From Patescibacteria group bacterium (lineage in GTDB: Bacteria > Patescibacteriota > Minisyncoccia > Phycocordibacterales > SBAW01): a DNA stretch of 64,000 nucleotides. Under the pieces are notes generated by a model. That model made no database searches and was not told where the DNA came from. It was given only the letters and a program-made list of their open reading frames with translations. The translations under genes were made by a program, and so were the position numbers. How positions within the stretch are numbered: the stretch's first letter is position 1; each line of letters starts with the position of its first letter. Below are positions 59,955-64,000 of the stretch, in pieces. Location of the stretch: the NCBI GenBank assembly GCA_028871115.1, contig JAGWOD010000002.1:2144-66143 (forward strand), given 5' to 3'.

Positions 59955-61166
59955 TTAAATGGTGTTGGCGACGTTGTAGATAGGGATAAGAATAGAGGCG
60001 AGAAGAAACCCAACACCTACGGCGAGTACGACGATGAGTGCCGGTTCTATCAAATTGACCAGGGTATCAACCGCGGTATTAACTTCCCGTTGATAGAAGC
60101 GGGCGAGACGCTCAAGTATAGTACCGAGCTCCCCGGTCTCTTCGCCTATCTGAATCATCTGGACAAGAATTGTGGGAATCTCTTTTGGGTGGTGTGAGAG
60201 TGCCGTAGACATAGGGCTGCCGCCTTTCACAGCCGCTACCGCTTCTTCTAGTATTCCTTCATATAAGCGGTTATTAACGACAGAGGAGGTGATTTCAAGT
60301 GCGCGCACCGCAGTGATACCGGAGGAAAGCATTGCGTGCATGTTATCGGCAATGCGAGAGACGTAGAGTTTACGATAAAGATCTCCGATAAAGGGAGTCG
60401 AGATCCTGAAGCGGTCGACTGCGAGACGGCCAGTTTGTGTCCTTGACCAACGATAGAAGAAGAATCCTCCGATAATAAGAAAGATAAGAATAAAGATGCC
60501 GTAGCTCACCAAGAAGTTGGAGGCACTAATGACGATTTGCGTGTAAATGGGAATGTCAGCTCCTGATTCACCGATGACCGAGGAAATCTTGGGAATAACG
60601 AACGTGAGCATGAGGACCATAACGACGAGGAACGTAAAGAGTACGAAGGCCGGATAGATGAGCGCATTACGCGCCTTGGACTCAAGCTCAAAAGAGCGAT
60701 CCATATAATCGGCGAGGAAGAGAAAGGTTTGGTCGAGCTTCCCGGACTCTTCTCCCGCGCGCACCATGTTGACGTAGAACTCCGAGAAAATCTTCGGATG
60801 TTTGGCGAGCGCTTTTGAGAGGCTATCACCACTCTGCAGATCGTCGGCTATCGTCGTGAGTGCCTCTCGCAGTATTGCTTTATCTGCCTGCTCGGCAAGC
60901 AGCTGGAAAACGCGAAGTGCCGAGACCTGTGCTTCAAAGAGTGTGGCAATCTCGCGCGAGAGAAGAACGATGTCGCGATTGGAAACCCAGCCAAAAATCT
61001 TTATCTGCTTGTGGAGAAGGCCGCCACTACTTTGTCCGCCCTGGAGCGACGTTACGGTGAGTCCGCGGCGCTGAAGAGAGGTGATAGCGATATCCTGCGA
61101 TGCCGCATTGATGGAGCCGCTGATACTCTTTCCCGCTGGATCAAGTGCTTCGTACTGAAAAAGCAT
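59955..61166 (-). CDS. pilC: type IV pilus assembly platform protein PilC (GspF family)
   Basis: Two GspF repeats and three TM helices; 403 aa. Confidence 0.9.
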   Translation of the reverse strand: MLFQYEALDPAGKSISGSINAASQDIAITSLQRRGLTVTSLQGGQSSGGLLHKQIKIFGWVSNRDIVLLSREIATLFEAQVSALRVFQLLAEQADKAILREALTTIADDLQSGDSLSKALAKHPKIFSEFYVNMVRAGEESGKLDQTFLFLADYMDRSFELESKARNALIYPAFVLFTFLVVMVLMLTFVIPKISSVIGESGADIPIYTQIVISASNFLVSYGIFILIFLIIGGFFFYRWSRTQTGRLAVDRFRISTPFIGDLYRKLYVSRIADNMHAMLSSGITAVRALEITSSVVNNRLYEGILEEAVAAVKGGSPMSTALSHHPKEIPTILVQMIQIGEETGELGTILERLARFYQREVNTAVDTLVNLIEPALIVVLAVGVGFLLASILIPIYNVANTI

Positions 61167-61169
61167 ATT

Positions 61170-62237
61170 TTATAAGAGACGCTCGAGCGTCTTAGGATCC
61201 CAAGAACGAGCATAGGCAGTTTCAACGCTTATTTCCCCTGTGCGGACGAGCTCAGCAAGCGAACGATTCATATCGAGCATACCCTCTGAACTACCGGTCT
61301 CAATGACCGTCTGAATCTCATGAGTGCGTTTTTCGCGTATGAGATTCCCTACCGCATCGTTGTTGACGAGCAATTCATAGACTGGAATAAGTCCTCCAGC
61401 GATCCGAGGTACCAGGCGCTGTGAAAAAATGCCCGCGAGAGAACTTGCGAGTTGAAGGCGTATCTGTTCTTGCTGTATCGAAGGGAAGGAATCGATGATG
61501 CGGTCGATGGTCTGAGCGGCATTATTGGTATGGAGGGTTGAAAGGACAAGATGTCCGGTTTCGGCCGCCGTGACTGCGGTCGCGATGGTCTCAGGCGTGC
61601 GCATCTCCCCAATCATGACCACGTCTACATCCTGGCGAAATACACCCTGAAGAGCCGTCTGAAAATCAGCGGTGTCGATGCGAACCTCGCGCTGATCAAT
61701 GACCGATTTTTTATTGGTGAAAAGATATTCGATCGGATCCTCGATCGTGATGATATGTTCTGTCCGGGTCGTATTAATAAGCTCAATCATTGAGGCAAGC
61801 GTAGTGGTCTTGCCTTGCCCTACCGGCCCAACGACAATAAAGAATCCCTGCCTGCGGGCAGCGAACGTCTCAAGGACCGAAGGTAGGTTGAGTTCAGCGA
61901 GTGTCTTGATCTGCTGGGGAATGAGGCGGAGCGCAATGCCGATGCGTCCTCGTTCGAAGTAAGCGTTTCCGCGAAAGCGCGCTTTGGCGCCGTAGGTCCA
62001 AGCAAAATCAGCTTCTTTGGTTGCAAGAAATACTTTCTTTTGTTCGGCATTTAGAAGTTCTCCAAGAAGCCCCGAAAGATCGGCGTCAGTAAGCTCTGGC
62101 TCCGAAAGAAGTGTCGTGAGAGAGCCCGCAACTCGAGTAATGGGGCGGCTTCCCGCGATAAGGTGCAGATCGGATGCTCCTTGCGAGAGAACATTTTCAG
62201 TAAGATCAGTGAGTTTTTTTCGATATTCCATATACAA
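61170..62237 (-). CDS. pilT: type IV pilus retraction ATPase PilT
   Basis: Walker A GPVGQGKTT, Asp box, Walker B, His box and the PilT-specific region; 355 aa. Confidence 0.9.
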   Translation of the reverse strand: MYMEYRKKLTDLTENVLSQGASDLHLIAGSRPITRVAGSLTTLLSEPELTDADLSGLLGELLNAEQKKVFLATKEADFAWTYGAKARFRGNAYFERGRIGIALRLIPQQIKTLAELNLPSVLETFAARRQGFFIVVGPVGQGKTTTLASMIELINTTRTEHIITIEDPIEYLFTNKKSVIDQREVRIDTADFQTALQGVFRQDVDVVMIGEMRTPETIATAVTAAETGHLVLSTLHTNNAAQTIDRIIDSFPSIQQEQIRLQLASSLAGIFSQRLVPRIAGGLIPVYELLVNNDAVGNLIREKRTHEIQTVIETGSSEGMLDMNRSLAELVRTGEISVETAYARSWDPKTLERLL

Positions 62238-62238
62238 T

Positions 62239-62643
62239 CTAGAGTGAGGAAGAGCGGTTATTCATAATAGCAAGTACTTGCTCAACAGTCTCGGAGGGAA
62301 TGGCGGAAGCTTTCCCGATACAGGCTTGAGCACCGAGCGATTTCGCGCGTTTGACATCTTCTTCACTAGTCTGATTGGAAAGCGCGATTTTAACTGCACT
62401 TGGGGCCAATCTTTCCTTATTCATGATTTCGAGAAATTCATAGCCGTCGATATGGGGCATCACAATATCGAACACAACCGCCTCCGGGGAGAGACCGTCG
62501 CGTAGTTTTCCAAGCGCTTCATCGGCAGTATCTGCTTTCACGACTGAAAAACCACTCTGCTGAAATTTACGCGCATAGAGATCAAGGAGAAACGCGTCGT
62601 CATCAACCAGGAGCACACTTCGGGATGAAAGATTTTGGGCCAT
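62239..62643 (-). CDS. stand-alone response-regulator receiver (CheY-like) domain protein
   Basis: LLVDDD acidic pocket, FDIVMPHIDG with the phospho-acceptor Asp, and the conserved Lys region. It lies between pilB and pilT. Confidence 0.8.
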   Translation of the reverse strand: MAQNLSSRSVLLVDDDAFLLDLYARKFQQSGFSVVKADTADEALGKLRDGLSPEAVVFDIVMPHIDGYEFLEIMNKERLAPSAVKIALSNQTSEEDVKRAKSLGAQACIGKASAIPSETVEQVLAIMNNRSSSL

Positions 62644-62648
62644 AGAAA

Positions 62649-64000
62649 TCACACTTCAAGTTCGGCGGGCGCTCCGCTCCCCTCTTCCTCACTCGGTGGC
62701 GCGACAGTATCCACCACTTCCTCGGCAAGATCGAATTCACCACCCAGAGTATTCACTTCTTCAAACGGCACCTGCCCTTGTGCAGATTTAATGATGGCAT
62801 CCTCTTTTATCGTCAACATGCCTTCTTTTCGGACTACCGCATACAGTTCGTCTTGGGGCTTACCCGATAGAATAGCTCGCTCAAGTTCCGCGCTCATGCT
62901 GAACATTTCAAAGACCGCTGTGCGGCCACGCGTCCCCGAAGGACACTCGGGCGTAGATTTAAGACGATAGAGGTGATCAAGGGAAGGTACTTCACTCCGA
63001 TATTCTTTCGGAAGATCGGCGAATTGCTTCTCCAGGAGTTCTTTAAGATTAGCGTCCACCTTCTCTTTCTCTCCAGCGTTCGGACAGAGCGTGCGCACCA
63101 AGCGCTGTGCCACGCCCAAAATCAAAGTTGGCGGAATGAGGTACGGATCAACACCCATATCAAGAAGACGCGGCACAATGCCCACGGAATCATTCGTGTG
63201 TATCGTCGAGAACACAAGGTGTCCGGTAAGCGCAGCCTGCACTGCAAGCCCTGCAGTTTCTTTATCGCGAATTTCTCCCACCATGATGACGTTGGGATCT
63301 TGGCGCAAGGTCGTACGAAGCCCGTTGGCGAAGGTATAGCCGATTTCGGGACGAACTTGGGACTGCGAAACGCCGGGGATGGTGTATTCAACTGGGTCTT
63401 CAAGTGAAAGAACATTTTTCTTTTCCGTATCCATCTCTGAGAGAATCGAGTAGAGCGTCGTTGATTTGCCCGACCCTGTGGGTCCCGAGATAAGGATGAG
63501 GCCATAGGGCTTTTGAATAGCGTTTCGCAGGAGACGTAGATTTCGCTCGGAAAGTCCTAGCTTATTAAGCCGCCAATCCGCGGCTTGAATACCAAGAATG
63601 CGCATCTCCATTTTTTCTCCCCAGTACGTAGGAAAAGTCGAAACACGAAAATCTACTTTTTTACCTTTGACTCGGGCGGAGAAACGTCCGTCTTGGGGTT
63701 TGCGTTTTTCGTCAAGGCGCATATTGGAGAGAACTTTGATGCGCGTAACAACCGCCACATGCACCTTAGGAGGCAGCGTGAGGTTTGTAGAAAGTTCTCC
63801 GTCGATGCGGAAGCGCACTCGGGTGCGGTCAGGAAGGGGTTCTACGTGGATGTCAGAAGCTTGCTCCTCGACCGCATGACGCACGATGGTCGCCACTATC
63901 TTTGTGACTGGGGCATCCTCTGTTATTTCGCTAGCGCTCGTCTCCGCGATGATGTCGCCCTCAAGCACAGAGCTCGCAAATGCCTCTCCCTTTTTTACCT
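62649..64000 (-). CDS. pilB: type IV pilus assembly ATPase PilB (GspE family), N-terminus beyond the window end
   Basis: GspE N-domain, Walker A GPTGSGKST, Asp boxes, Walker B and His box. The reading frame stays open through position 64000 upstream of the GTG at 63968. Confidence 0.85.
   Translation of the reverse strand, partial: VKKGEAFASSVLEGDIIAETSASEITEDAPVTKIVATIVRHAVEEQASDIHVEPLPDRTRVRFRIDGELSTNLTLPPKVHVAVVTRIKVLSNMRLDEKRKPQDGRFSARVKGKKVDFRVSTFPTYWGEKMEMRILGIQAADWRLNKLGLSERNLRLLRNAIQKPYGLILISGPTGSGKSTTLYSILSEMDTEKKNVLSLEDPVEYTIPGVSQSQVRPEIGYTFANGLRTTLRQDPNVIMVGEIRDKETAGLAVQAALTGHLVFSTIHTNDSVGIVPRLLDMGVDPYLIPPTLILGVAQRLVRTLCPNAGEKEKVDANLKELLEKQFADLPKEYRSEVPSLDHLYRLKSTPECPSGTRGRTAVFEMFSMSAELERAILSGKPQDELYAVVRKEGMLTIKEDAIIKSAQGQVPFEEVNTLGGEFDLAEEVVDTVAPPSEEEGSGAPAELEV

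Overview
This window reads as a small, streamlined genome segment that I infer, from gene content and neighbourhoods, to be a Candidate-Phyla-Radiation/Parcubacteria-like bacterium. Most of it is minus-strand housekeeping operons. Recognisable genes include gdhA with an ABC-2 exporter pair, typA/bipA, a second ABC-2 pair, and a doxX-arsR-flavin reductase operon. Further along are bcp-pyrG-ftsX-ftsE-prfB, a NUDIX gene, an OmpR/histidine-kinase pair, and an ECF-sigma/DUF5667 anti-sigma cluster with secreted Ser/Thr-rich proteins. I also annotate tyrA-secF-secD, folD, a polysaccharide cluster (epimerase, polyprenyl glycosylphosphotransferase, GT4), a SEDS-family RodA/FtsW, rplJ-rplL, gatCA and ligA. 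I found seven tRNAs, all minus-strand (Gln, Thr-CGT, Thr-GGT, Asp, Met, initiator Met with an encoded CCA). A 23S-5S rRNA unit has no 16S upstream. A GH16 glucanase converges on two tandem processive GT2 (QxxRW) synthases. A complete type IV pilus locus closes the window: pilB, a REC-only regulator, pilT, pilC, two tandem pilA, pilD and four pseudopilins. The strongest candidate for an undescribed element is a low-GC island at about 13.4-15.5 kb beside tRNA-Gln. It carries a single-pass membrane protein immediately followed by a GIY-YIG/T5orf172 + DUF4357 nuclease-like protein. This two-gene module is bracketed by near-identical 17-bp direct repeats containing MluI/XhoI-type palindromes. I saw no CRISPR array, and the ORF-track calls inside the rRNA and over the tRNAs are spurious.
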